Assembly: GCF_006345805.1 (NCBI RefSeq) | Contig: NC_043003.1 | Coordinates: forward strand, 97,154,001-97,218,000 | Direction of reading: 5' to 3' | Length of the DNA stretch: 64,000 nt | Source of the DNA: Octopus sinensis | Taxonomy: Eukaryota | Notes under the pieces: model-generated | Told to the model about the DNA's origin: nothing | The model's database searches: none | The model's input: the letters and a program-made list of their open reading frames with translations, nothing else | Shown: one piece after another, positions 25,652 to 37,045 of the stretch | How the letters are laid out: the number at the start of each line of letters is the position of its first letter | Numbering within the stretch: the stretch's first letter is position 1 | Translations under genes and position numbers: made by a program

Positions 25652-25882
25652 TATTTCTTTATTACCCACAAAGGGCTAAACACAGAGGGGACAAACAAGG
25701 ACAGACAAACGGATTAAGTCGATTACATCGACCCCAGTGCGTAACAGGTACTTAATTTATCGACCCCGAAAGGATGAAAGGCAAAATCGACCTCGGCGGA
25801 ATTTGAACTCAGAACGTAGCGGCAGACGAAATACGGCTACGCATTTTGCACGGCGTGCTAACGTTCTGCCAGCTCGCCGCCT
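25652..25882 (-). mobile_element. SINE family B (long-tail subtype) with a 16-bp TSD
   Basis: TSD taagttagtaaatacc at 25636-25651 and 25883-25898. Confidence 0.95.
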
Positions 25883-26188
25883 TAAGTTAGTAAATACCAT
25901 AACCTTAAACATTAATGGTGATGTAAAATTACCAAGTGCTTCATTGTCTTGCAGTACATGGTTGAAATTCCTCCCTCGCTCTCTCTTAATGAGGATGAGA
26001 ATTTGCGATGATGATTTTTACTATTTGCTCTAAATAGGCAAGAAGACTTCCCTGGTACCATGAGATCGCAATTATCATAGGAATGACATTTCTCAATACA
26101 AACATTTTAACACCATTTTGGTAGTTTACTTACTGGTAGTTTTATTACAATCGGCATCGGAATGTTTTCTTTTGACTTATATTTCCAG

Positions 26189-26359
26189 AAACAGAAAGCA
26201 GGATGTTTTGAACTATTCATAAACACCCCCATTCATTCTATTAGAACATTAAATTTACAGGCGAAGTGTAACTATGCTCAACCAGGAACTGAACCTGGTC
26301 TTAGATGCCGCACTAGAAACAACAAAACCAGAATGCAGATTCCGCGATTATTCAGACAG
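26189..26359 (+). other. Candidate spliced exon (171 nt, possibly 5' UTR of the gene starting at 31148)
   Basis: Acceptor ttttcttttgacttatatttccag| and donor CAG|GTAACA. Splice signals only. Confidence 0.2.
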
Positions 26360-26414
26360 GTAACAACCCCCAACAGACAAATATACAAACGAAAGGTTTC
26401 AACATATAAAGCAT

Positions 26415-26746
<332 letters not shown>

Positions 26747-26748
26747 AT

Positions 26749-26784
<36 letters not shown>

Positions 26785-26819
26785 GTAAATGTATTATGTG
26801 ATAATTATTCGGTAGCCAT

Positions 26820-26880
26820 GATAAAACTCCGAGTTTCGGATGCCGAGGTGGAAATCCACGCCGCCATCTCTTCAGTTGTC
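26820..26880 (-). ncRNA. Type I hammerhead ribozyme motif in a short remnant next to (TA)n
   Basis: GACAA-CUGAAGA-[GAUG..GUGG AUUU CCAC..CAUCC]-GAAAC-UCGGA-GUU-UUAUC. The core is intact; stems I and II have mismatches. Confidence 0.65.
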
Positions 26881-27132
26881 CGGCTATCGGAAAAATGCTA
26901 TATCATGATATCATATTTCTTGCATAAATTTCTGTTGTATTCTATTATATACCTAAGGGGCTGTGGAAGATTGCAGGTGCAGCACATACTATAGACAATG
27001 TACATTATACAATATAACATTCTATATTCTGCAAAAGTCATAAAAATAAAAGTTGTTTGATGTTTGAAGATATTTGTGACCTTACTTCAAGATAACATCT
27101 CTGCAAAGTAAATCAGCGTATGATAGCATGAG

Positions 27133-27197
<65 letters not shown>

Positions 27198-27249
27198 TAA
27201 TAATAATAATAATAATCCTTTCGGATCTTTTCCCTTTCAACGGCAGATC

Positions 27250-27430
27250 GAGAAATTAATTTTTTGTAATCAAACACTTTCAAACTTCGAACACTGGTAG
27301 AATGTGTCATATAAAACATCTTTTACTCTTAGTGTTGTTGAGAAAAGTTTATATTTTCAAAGTTATTTCATGTTAAAGTTGACGTGTTTCGGTAATTTCA
27401 ACCAATCAATGACGTGCATTCAGCAGAATA
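27250..27430 (+). mobile_element. Partial copy of the 20320-20455 foldback-element family
   Basis: Shares aaacactttcaaa.ttcg.acactggtagaatgtgtcatataa and tttcggtaatttcaaccaatcaatgacgtg.attcagc.gaataaaa. Confidence 0.75.
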
Positions 27431-28032
27431 AAAAAATTTTATACATAGTTGTTCAAGATAAAGATCTAAACACTAGTTCAGTGACTAAGGGTATTTATTC
27501 CGACTGCTTTGACAAATAAATGCCGCCAGTGTAAACAATAAGTGGAAAATAGTTACTATATTGTTTCGAGATGCAAAATGTTATATTAGGAAGACTGTAA
27601 ATGTACGTCATGATATTTTGCTTCAGTTTGCAAAGGCCAGTTTCTAAAAAATATGGTTGCAACATTTCAGACGAGTTGTGCAATCAGGTACTAAAAAATT
27701 CTCTAAATGAATTTGGTAAACAAATAATTCTATAGAATTTTCATATCCAGACGGATTCTTGTTGTTCAACATAAGATAGGTATATTTTTTCTGGTCATTT
27801 CATTTCATTTCTATCGTGCTCAACAACAGGCAGTATCAAGTGTTATATTTTAGAGACTTCCACGTTCAAAGAGAGGACAAAGACTACTCAGCTATGTTGA
27901 TGTTGTTAGCAAACACGCAATATACAATTGTACAAATGGAGGACAGAGATTCTTGGTGCAACATTGTGAAACGCATCTTGGCTGTAGCCATTTAAAGAAA
28001 ATATACATACACACACACACACACACACATAC

Positions 28033-28072
<40 letters not shown>

Positions 28073-28149
28073 ATAGTTAAAACATATTTATAGACATACG
28101 CCCATATATATATATATACACACACATACATACATATATATATATATAT

Positions 28150-28362
28150 ATTAAATTCGAGATAAAACCACTATTAGGCAAATCAAACAATGAAAAACTT
28201 AAGCCAATACATAAAATTAATTAATTTATATTGTTTTAAATATATATCGAAATTAGTAAAAGTTTAATAAAAGATAATGAGTAAAACACTACGATCGTTT
28301 CATGGCTGTCCAATTCGTAATAATTCGAGTTATGGTTACAGTCAATCTTCAGGTGATTAAAA
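28150..28362 (-). mobile_element. Solo Penelope-like pseudo-LTR between (TA)n tracts
   Basis: Starts with a hammerhead. Its 3' end (tttg.ctaatagtggttttatctc.aatttaa) recurs on the + strand at 14421-14460. Confidence 0.65.
28284..28358 (-). ncRNA. Type I hammerhead ribozyme motif
   Basis: AAUCAC-CUGAAGA-UUGACUGU..ACAGCCAU-GAAAC-GAUC-GUA-GUGUUU. Stem III is the palindrome ACGAUCGU. Predicted cut is 3' of 28290. Confidence 0.7.
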
Positions 28363-28370
28363 TATATATA

Positions 28371-28768
28371 TAGTAATCAGTCGGTTAATATTGCGGTTCA
28401 CCTATCGCGCCTTCAGTACATCGGGGATTTTTCCGGCAAGTATATGTAAATTGCGGAGCCCTCAGTATATCGCGAGTTTCTGCGACTGATAGGTATTTAT
28501 ATGTTTTTTAGATTTTGATTATTTTTGTGGTAAAATAAGCATTTTCACGCCAGAAAATTTAATAAATTAATAAATAAAAATACAGTACAGTACTGCACTA
28601 TATAACACATTAATTAAGATATATTAAAAGAAAATGCGTAGTGTACTGTAGATGAATGGAAAATGAAACTTCTAAGAGTGTGGGAAGAGTTTATTTAGCT
28701 TAAATATATAAAAATAATAAAATAAATATATACAAATTATAAAAGTAATTTTTAAAATATATACAGAT
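28371..28768. mobile_element. Tigger/pogo-like non-autonomous DNA transposon relic
   Basis: The start tattgcggttcacctatcgcgcc.tcagtacatcggggatttt resembles Tigger termini (from recall). The right end is interrupted by a SINE. Confidence 0.45.
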
Positions 28769-28822
28769 AGGCGCAGGAGTGGCTGTGTGGTAAGTAGCTT
28801 GCTTACCAACCACACGGTTCCG
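28769..28822 (+). mobile_element. SINE family A head fragment
   Basis: ggcgcaggagtggctgtgtggtaagtagcttgcttaccaaccac. Confidence 0.8.
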
Positions 28823-28865
28823 AGGGATTACTGTATGTATGTGTATGTAAGTATGTATTTATGTA

Positions 28866-28952
<87 letters not shown>

Positions 28953-29986
28953 TATATATATACACACATATACACATATATAGACATATGTGTATGCGCG
29001 CGCGTGTGTGATTACTTAGACGAACACTGATACGCACACATATACGCCAACGGTATACGTTTGAAATACCTGGATATTAACTAAGAATATGGATAATTTA
29101 GTCTCATTATACAGAGTTTAATACAAGGATTTGCTGAATATATTGATAACAAATTAAAAAAACAACACAAAATCAATTTTTTAATGAAATGCCTTTATAT
29201 TGAGACTAGGAACTGAATTTTGCTACATACGAAGACGATAATGCAGATAACGCTTATGGTGGTTTTATGATAATCAGAATGATGATAAAAATAATGATGA
29301 TGAAAATGAACTTACAGATATTAACCATGATTAGATAATACAAATTCCCCTGAGAAGTTTCGAGGGTTTGCGCAAACAAAGAAATATTGACAATCAATCG
29401 ATATTGCGCCAATGCTTTTTTTGCTTCAGGTCTTAAACGTTTAATTCTGTTCACTAAATCTCTTGAAGACTTCGTTTTTATATTGTTTTTATATTCATCT
29501 TGTTTCTCGATTTGCCTACTTTTCACATTTCTTTGTTTGTCTGTGTGTATGTATATGTGCGTGTGTATTACCACTTTGTTTGAGACCGGTAAATTTCAAG
29601 TCGTTAGAAACGTGATCTACCGGAATAATGTTTGGGAGTTCGTGTCCAAGTCACTAGTATTGTTCTCTAAGACATAAAACTTAAGTCTGTGTGACCAAAG
29701 CTATTTAGCTGTAAATATTTTCTAGTGCAAGGATATATTCATTGCTAAAGACGCCATGAATTTACTTCTGCTTTTTCGCCGTGATGAATTTAAGTATTGT
29801 CATAGGTTATTCCAAAATAAATAGATAATATTATTCGTATTATGGTGAAGACGGAGACCTGAGATTTTAACTCAACTAAAGCCGTCGATTGGACATGAGC
29901 TTGAAGACTCGCATTTCTTAGAAACGTTCATTTATATCTAAAGAAAGCAGAGGAATATCTCTTCGGATTCTTCAGAAGCTACGGCC

Positions 29987-30218
29987 AGGTGGCGAGCTGG
30001 CAGAAACGTTACCGCGCCGGGCGAAATGCTTAGCGGTATTTCGTCTGCTGTTACGTTCTGAGTTCAAATTCCGCCGAGGTCGACTTTGCCTTTCATCCTT
30101 TCGGGGTCGATAAATAAAGTACCAGTTACGCACTGGGGTCGATATAATCAACTTAATCCGTTTGTCTGTCCTTGTTTGTCCTCTTTTTGTTTAGCCCCTT
30201 GTGGGTAGTAAAGAAATA
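29987..30218 (+). mobile_element. SINE family B (long-tail subtype)
   Basis: Full length; the 3' end gtaaagaaata is followed by GGTATTT. Confidence 0.9.
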
Positions 30219-30330
30219 GGTATTTTTACGTCTTGCAGATATCCTTTATTCCTATGACAGCTCTAAATTCTCTCTCTCTCTCTCTCCCTCCCTCCATATA
30301 TATATATATATATATATATATCTATATATA

Positions 30331-30377
<47 letters not shown>

Positions 30378-31299
30378 GCATTGATTTTTAAAAATCGAAT
30401 GCCAGTTTTTGTTTTTAAGATTTTTGGTATTTTACACAACAGAAAAAAATGAAGGAAAGCTTTATTTATGCTATAATGGAATATTGAAATTTACCAAGAT
30501 AATGTCCACGTTCAATCATTTCTTATTTGCGGCAATTATTTATCGTAAGGCGCATGCGTTAAATAAAGAGGGGTTTTTTTTAATATAAATTTTACCTCAG
30601 TAAAAAAAAAATCCATGTCATCGTTTCTTTACTGTTACTGCTACAGTTTTTACTCTCCCTCCCTCTCTCTCTCCTCTCTGTGTCTTTTTCTCTCTCTCCC
30701 TCTCTCTTTCTCTCTCCCTCTCCTCTCTCTCTTTCTCTCTCTCCCTCCTCTCTCTCTTACATACACACACACATATACATACGCAAACATGCATATACAC
30801 ACGTGTGCGACTATAGAATGGCGTGGCCCTTTTTTCTACTGTCTATTAATGACATCACCTCCCTCCATTAACACCATACTTTCATTCTCTCTTTCCCTCC
30901 TCTATCTCCTCTCTGCCCCTCTCAACCCCTCTCTCTCCCTTCTCTTTCCCTTCTTTTTCCCTTCTTTCTCTTCTCTCCTCTCAATCCCTCTCTCTCCCTT
31001 CTCTTCCCTCCCCTTTCTCCCTCCCCCTATCTCTCTTCCACTTCCTACTCTCCATCATAACCCCCACTCTTCAAATTACTTCCCTTCGCGTGGAGGATTC
31101 CGTTTCTACGCTATTAATATATACAATTGTTTTGTCTTTTGTTTCAGTCTCAACTGGAAACCGAAGCTGAAAACCTGAAGTCTGTGGTCTTTTAACAGAC
31201 ATACAACCTATTGTTGCAAAGTTTTTAACTTACTGTTGAAATATTATTGCTGATCTACCGTTTTAAGGAGTTACCTTAAAACATAACTCAAGCAGAAAA

Positions 31300-31496
31300 A
31301 TGTTTTCACACATGGAAGGAGTCGACAAATTCTGCCGTCTGACTTATCGAGACTTTTGGAGGTTACTCCTATTTTTTCTAGCATTTCATATCAGTTTTGT
31401 GGATGCGGGTCACAAACAAAAAAACCTTTATACATACCCACAAAATAATTCTGACTGCCCGAGGACATTGGTTGAAGTAAATGCAGGTCACCTGGG
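31300..31496 (+). CDS. Candidate first coding exon of a secreted or membrane protein (exon probably 31148-31496)
   Basis: In-frame upstream stop at 31264. AAAAATG start. MFSHMEGVDKFCRLTYRDFWRLLLFFLAFHISFVDA/GHKQK..QNNSDCP..GHLG has a hydrophobic signal-like segment ending V-D-A and an NNS sequon. The ORF ends at a consensus donor GG|GTAAGT (phase 2). Strong acceptor at 31147. Confidence 0.55.
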
Positions 31497-33589
31497 GTAA
31501 GTAGAAAAACAAATTTTGTTACCTTTCTGTTTAATTGTTTGTTTGTAATGAAAGTATTTGTATATTTCGAATGAATTATTAAATATTTGGAAATTGTTAT
31601 TCTCCATTTTGTATCGAATGTACAAACCCTTCATTTTGTGACTGGGCGATTACTTTGATGATTCAGGAATACGAAACTACATCCCGTATTTCACGTTCAG
31701 TCCAGTATATTCCCAAATTTAATTGCGTAAACTTTTCATAAAATCTGTATGAATTGACATATGGAATTACAGTTTCCGTTTTTGTTTCCCCGAATTATTA
31801 CTTTTCAACTAATGAATCTTATAATCTTGATAGCTTTAAACAGCATAGAAGACACAAGCATTTTATTTCCCAGTAATTCGCATCCATTGCACCTTCTCTT
31901 TTTGATTGTTGAGGTCGTATTTTTCTACAATTCGTCGAGTAACTGAGTCACATCAGACACGTGTTGAGTCGACCAACCAGCTCTCTATCCATCGAGTTGA
32001 TGTATTTCTATAAAGAGTCATGCCCAGAAAATTTCCAGTCAGGGATAATCGTTTTCACACAATCTCATACAATTTTCTAACTTTTTGGAAACTCATAATT
32101 ATTTTTCTGGGGTTAGCGTTATTCTTAGGAAATACATTCCGTTATCATAGTTACGAGCAGAGTGTTTGGACGTTCTGGCATGGGGAGGGAAGATTTGTTT
32201 GCATAGTCCTAAATAGCAGCTCCTGGTTTGAAGGTAAAAAAAATTGTCCTTATTGCAATCTCTTCTACTCTCACAGTATCTCATCGCTTTAAGAGAGCTT
32301 TGACTATCAAAACGCAAACTGATGTTTTCAGTTAAGGTATAAATTCCTTTTCCTTGATGTTATATTTATATCTTCTTTAATATCTATTCTATTCTATTTT
32401 CTTTAATAACATAATCTAGAATATTTATTTTTTTTTGCAATCCACAAAATGTTTGTACCTCTGGACAGCAGCCTCCAGGCATCTCAATAATTCTGTTGAT
32501 ATCTTTGTAGTTAGCCACATCTGCTCTTTCTTATTTCAGACGTGCCTAAAATCTCATATCTTTCATATGTTATATACGCTGTCGCTCCCGGATCACATTT
32601 GAATTGACTATTTAACCCTAGCTCAGAATTATTTAGGGTTTCACGTTTACCCGAGGTTATTTGAGTTTCATTCTCTACATCTACACTGTTTCCAGCTTTG
32701 AGTTTTCGTAATTACATAATTTCAGGCCTATAACTGCAAGATACATGTTTCGTGTTACAGAGACTTCTATAAATAACAGATTCTATTTGCCATGTGTTAA
32801 AGAACATTGTATGACTTACTATCAGTAATAGTTTTACATGAGATGATGGATGTAAGTATAGTTATAAAGCAAATAAAACAAATTTGTGAGAAAGGTGTAA
32901 TAATGCTTTGTATCTGAATATAAAGAGGCATTACATAGTGGTTATGGAATTGGGTTCACGATCTCAAGTTTTGTGGGTTCAATTCTTGGACCGGATGGGG
33001 CGTTATTTCCTTGAACAAAACATTTTACATTGCTCCAGCGTACTCAACTGAAAATAAATATCAGCCTAGTTCTGGTGTAGACGACTCTCTTTTCATCTGT
33101 CACATTCTTGATGTCCCGTTTTGTTAATTGAGGGAAGGCCAAGAGAATATATATGCCTGCTTTCGACAATGTAGACACTTAAAACCACAATTAGTGGGCG
33201 CATGACATACGCTACTAAGTCAAGTTTAATTGCTACTAACGTTTCGTTTCTAATCTGAAAATGTTAAACCTACGTTCCTGTAAAAAGAAGTTTAAATATA
33301 CGATTCATTTTAATCCACATATTGAAATATAAATTTCAAAGTATGTGCCATCAAATAAAAAATGGATTGCAATAGCATATTAGTTTTGCGTTAAAAAAGT
33401 TCATTTTAATTAAATTCTTGTAACATAGCTAACTATTAAAGTAGAATAATTTTCCTAACGTAATTTTCTTTGAAAATTTTGTAATATAATTAATCGATCC
33501 CGAAACAAATTGGTTTCTCGACAAAAGAAAATGAATTGTACACAAGAATTATTTCTTTCATTATTTTATATTTATTCCATCTGTTTTAG

Positions 33590-33634
33590 GGAAATGCAAA
33601 CATACGAAACTATGTGTTTGTTCTTAAAGAAAAG
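33590..33634 (+). CDS. Candidate internal 45-nt exon (phase 2-2)
   Basis: Long pyrimidine tract ending ttttag| and donor AAG|GTAAAA. Open in the frame continuing from 31496 (EMQTYETMCLFLKK). Confidence 0.25.
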
Positions 33635-34423
33635 GTAAAAACAACGGAAACAGAAATCTAGTATAAAGTCTCCAGGGAAACTTTTCTCCGAAAATTTCAT
33701 CTAAAATTCCAGTCAAACCATATACTCAGACTCACTATAAGTTGTTATTTAATTTAACAGATATTTTATTTTTTAAATGTTTTGTTCTAGTAGAAGCAGT
33801 TGTTATTAGATGTTGTCATTTTACTGTTATCTATCAGAATATCTTCGCAGCTAACCATGTTATTCGTATAATTATATTTTAGAAAGGCCAATATATATGT
33901 TTTTCTCCCTGAAGCCTATTTAAAGTTAAATGCTATCTAACATGCTTAAGTGGGGTGAGCAAAAGCGAATTTTTAATTAATTGAAATGACCTTCATAATG
34001 TGAAGGCAATTCATTAGAGTTAATAACAATTCTTGTCAAGGAAGATAAGGAAGAGAACTAATTGAAGAAAAATTTAATGGAGGTATTCCGATCTTTGGTA
34101 GATACGACGATATTTACAAAGATGCTTCGGTTTATTGAATAACTACAGCGAGTAACAGAACTGAGAAGCACTTACCAGATTTCGGATGATTAAAGGATAT
34201 AACCGTTTAAGCGAAAATTATTTAATGTTTAGGTAATTTAAAAGAATGACAGAGAAAAGTTTCTCATTATTACTTTCTACATAAAGATCATATATCTGGA
34301 CAGTCTACATAATATACTTAATTTATACACACTGTCGATTTGGCCGGTTACTGCAGTAATCGTCCTGTGATAAGACCTCTTATCGAACTGCTGTGTTAAA
34401 AACATAACATTAAACATCAGTTT

Positions 34424-34585
34424 AGGAGCAGGCGTGGCTGTATGGTAAGAAGCTTGCTTCCCAGCCATATCGTTCTGGGTTCAGTTCTACAGTATGGCAC
34501 CTTGAACAAGTGTTTTACTATAGCCTCAAACCGACCAAGGCCTTCTGAGTGGATTTAGTAGGCGAAATGAGACTCGTCGTATATA
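34424..34585 (+). mobile_element. SINE family A 5' part, degenerate
   Basis: aggagcaggcgtggctgtatggtaagaagcttgc ... ggcaccttgaacaagtg. Confidence 0.8.
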
Positions 34586-34599
34586 TATATATATATATA

Positions 34600-34766
34600 T
34601 CATCATCATCGTTTAACGTCCTTTCTCCATGCTAGCATGGGTTGGATGGTTCGACCGGGGATATGGGAAGCCAGAAGCTGCGCCAGGCTCCAGTCTGATC
34701 TGGCAGTGTTTCTACAGCTGGATGCCCTTCCTAACGCCAACCACTCCGTGAGTGTAGTGGGTGCTT
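34600..34766 (-). mobile_element. SINE family D 3' portion
   Basis: Near-identical to 14265-14402. Confidence 0.8.
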
Positions 34767-35032
34767 ATATATATATATATATATTAATATATAATATATA
34801 ATATATAGATATATATATATATTATCAGCAGCAAATTCAGGATGGAATATTTGTATAGATATTAATATTGCTATTATTATCGAAGGTGCCCAAGTACTGT
34901 TGATTCCGTGATTATTTTCAGTGTTATTTGTTATTTTGGTGTTTTAAATGTGAGTTTAGGTCTCATTTCTAGCAGGTAGACGTATAAGTGCGTCCTTACG
35001 ATTGATATATATATATATGTTTGCGCGCGCGC

Positions 35033-35063
<31 letters not shown>

Positions 35064-35129
35064 TGTGTGGTGTGTGTGTGTGTGTATGTGAGTGTGTGTG
35101 TGTGTGTGTGTCTGTGTGTGTGTGTGTGT

Positions 35130-35310
35130 GAACCACCGCTTGACGACTGGTACTGATGTGCTTGCGTCCTCATAACTTCGCGGTTCGGCAAAAGAGGGCT
35201 ATAGAATAAGTACTAGGCATAAAAAAATGTCCTGAGGCCGAATAGTTCAACTAAAATACCATTCAAGGTGGTGCTCCAGTCAAGTGACTAAAACAGGTAA
35301 AAGATAAGTG
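35130..35310 (+). mobile_element. SINE family A 3' half
   Basis: cgcttgacgactgg..cggttcggcaaaagag..tagaataagtactaggc..ggtgctccag. Confidence 0.75.
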
Positions 35311-35320
35311 AAAAACGAAA

Positions 35321-35625
35321 ATTCGTCCCAGCATTGCTGAATGAGTGTGCTAGAAGCGTTGCGGCCTTTTGGAGCTTTTCAATGGCTCGTATTCGCAGCC
35401 AGACACACGCTCTGACGACAATTCATCAGAGGATAAAGTGAATAAAATACTCACTGATGTTGCGAATATCCGCCTGGCTGACTGAAAATCCGGTATACGC
35501 AAATGAGGTATTATTTAATTAAAAGAGTCGTCTATGTATCATACTTAAAATATATACATTGTCGATAAGGCCAGTTACTGCAGTTAACGCGTCTAGTGTT
35601 CTTGCTCGCTGCTGCTGGGACGAAT
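35321..35625. mobile_element. Possible MITE with 13-bp perfect terminal inverted repeats
   Basis: attcgtcccagca / tgctgggacgaat, with an imperfect extension. A related fragment is near 34335-34370. No TSD seen. Confidence 0.4.
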
Positions 35626-36229
35626 CTTTGTCTCTCACTGATGTAAATTGTATTTATGCCACAGTATTCCATAAGTGATGTTATCTTTGGACAAATACTT
35701 CAGTAAATGGCCTATCAAATGTGTGTATACATTGAATATGATACATAGATGGTTATTTTTGTAAATTGCATATCTCTTAGTTTGAGCTAATATATTTAAT
35801 GTGGTAAGGTAAACAGAATTCATTATCAACTGAAATTGAACCCGCAATGAGGAATAAGTGTATTAATGATAATTTTTGCTAAGAAATGCAATAAAACAAT
35901 ACAATTTCCGCTATATCTCTATTTCTAATTCTAATTCAAAGCTCTGATTCAGTATGTGTGTGTGTGTGTGTGTGTTTTAGTCCACTCCACAACTCTTGAG
36001 CAAATGTCATCCATTATATCTCTGGATCGACAAATGGTTTGTGATAGAATTTGCTTGAAGGAAACTGTGCCTGTCGTGAATATATGTGTGTGTGTGTTTG
36101 CGTGCGCATACACACGTTTTGAATTACCAATGTGTTGACAGTTTTTCGTTTCATATTTATAGAACATATTTATAGAATTGTAAGCCATTGGTGTATGTTC
36201 CGACGAGTCTAAAGATTATGTATATATAT

Positions 36230-37045
36230 ATATATTGTTATATTTCGGAATGGTCATTTTGCCAGTTTAGCCAATAAAAACACACGCACTATATATTTGG
36301 TGTTACTTTGCTTCAGTGTTATTTATTTTTTACATTAATCTTAATCTTATTTTGGCCAGAGTTCTTTCATCACACTCCTGTGACCGCATCAGTGGTCCTT
36401 TGTTTTCTTCTTTCTTATTTGTGTCTCTCCTTACTAACCGTCAGCCATTTTGTATTTCTATTGTATGTCTTCATTTGCGCATGCTTATATCTCTATGTGC
36501 GTCTATGTTTGTTCAGTGTGTGGGGGTATGCCTGTAATATTTGTATCTTCTGTTTATATACGTTCATGTAATTTGTTTTTTGTTTTTGTTGTTGTTGTTT
36601 TTGTTTATTCTTATTTTGTTCATGTGTTTACATCCACTTATTATTATCATTTCATATGCTTGTATGTATGTATGTATGTATAACAACAATACTAGTAATA
36701 ATAATAATAAATAAAAACAAACTTTAAATTTTAAAAAACTTATATAGTTGTTTATTTATCTGTGTATTTTATTTATTATGTTTTCGGTTTTGTATATATT
36801 GTAACCAGTGTATTGGGATCCTCTACCGTCATATGTTGTGATGTATGCTAGTGTTCCATTCTAGTTTCCTATTCAGGCTAGGTTTATTTTCTATTATGTG
36901 TGTAGCTTTTGTAATTTGTCTGATTGTCGTATCTATTCTATGTCTGGACAATATTTTAATTTCTATGTTGTTGATTGATCCCCCGTGTTCCTGTTCGGCG
37001 TGTTGGTACAGAATCGATGAGCTTTTACCTTTCTTGAGTATATAG
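36230..37045 (-). mobile_element. Penelope-like element 3' end (GIY-YIG C-terminus plus 3' UTR/pLTR)
   Basis: SSILYQHAEQEHGG..EIKILSRH..TIRQITKATHI.ENKPSLNRKLEW. It ends at (TA)n. The terminal ~45 bp recur at 7750-7795. Confidence 0.8.
36354..36398 (-). ncRNA. Minimal type I hammerhead-like motif (A9 changed to C)
   Basis: GGACCA-CUGAUGC-G-GUCACA(GGAG)UGUGAU-GAAAG-AA-CUC-UGGCC. Confidence 0.5.
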
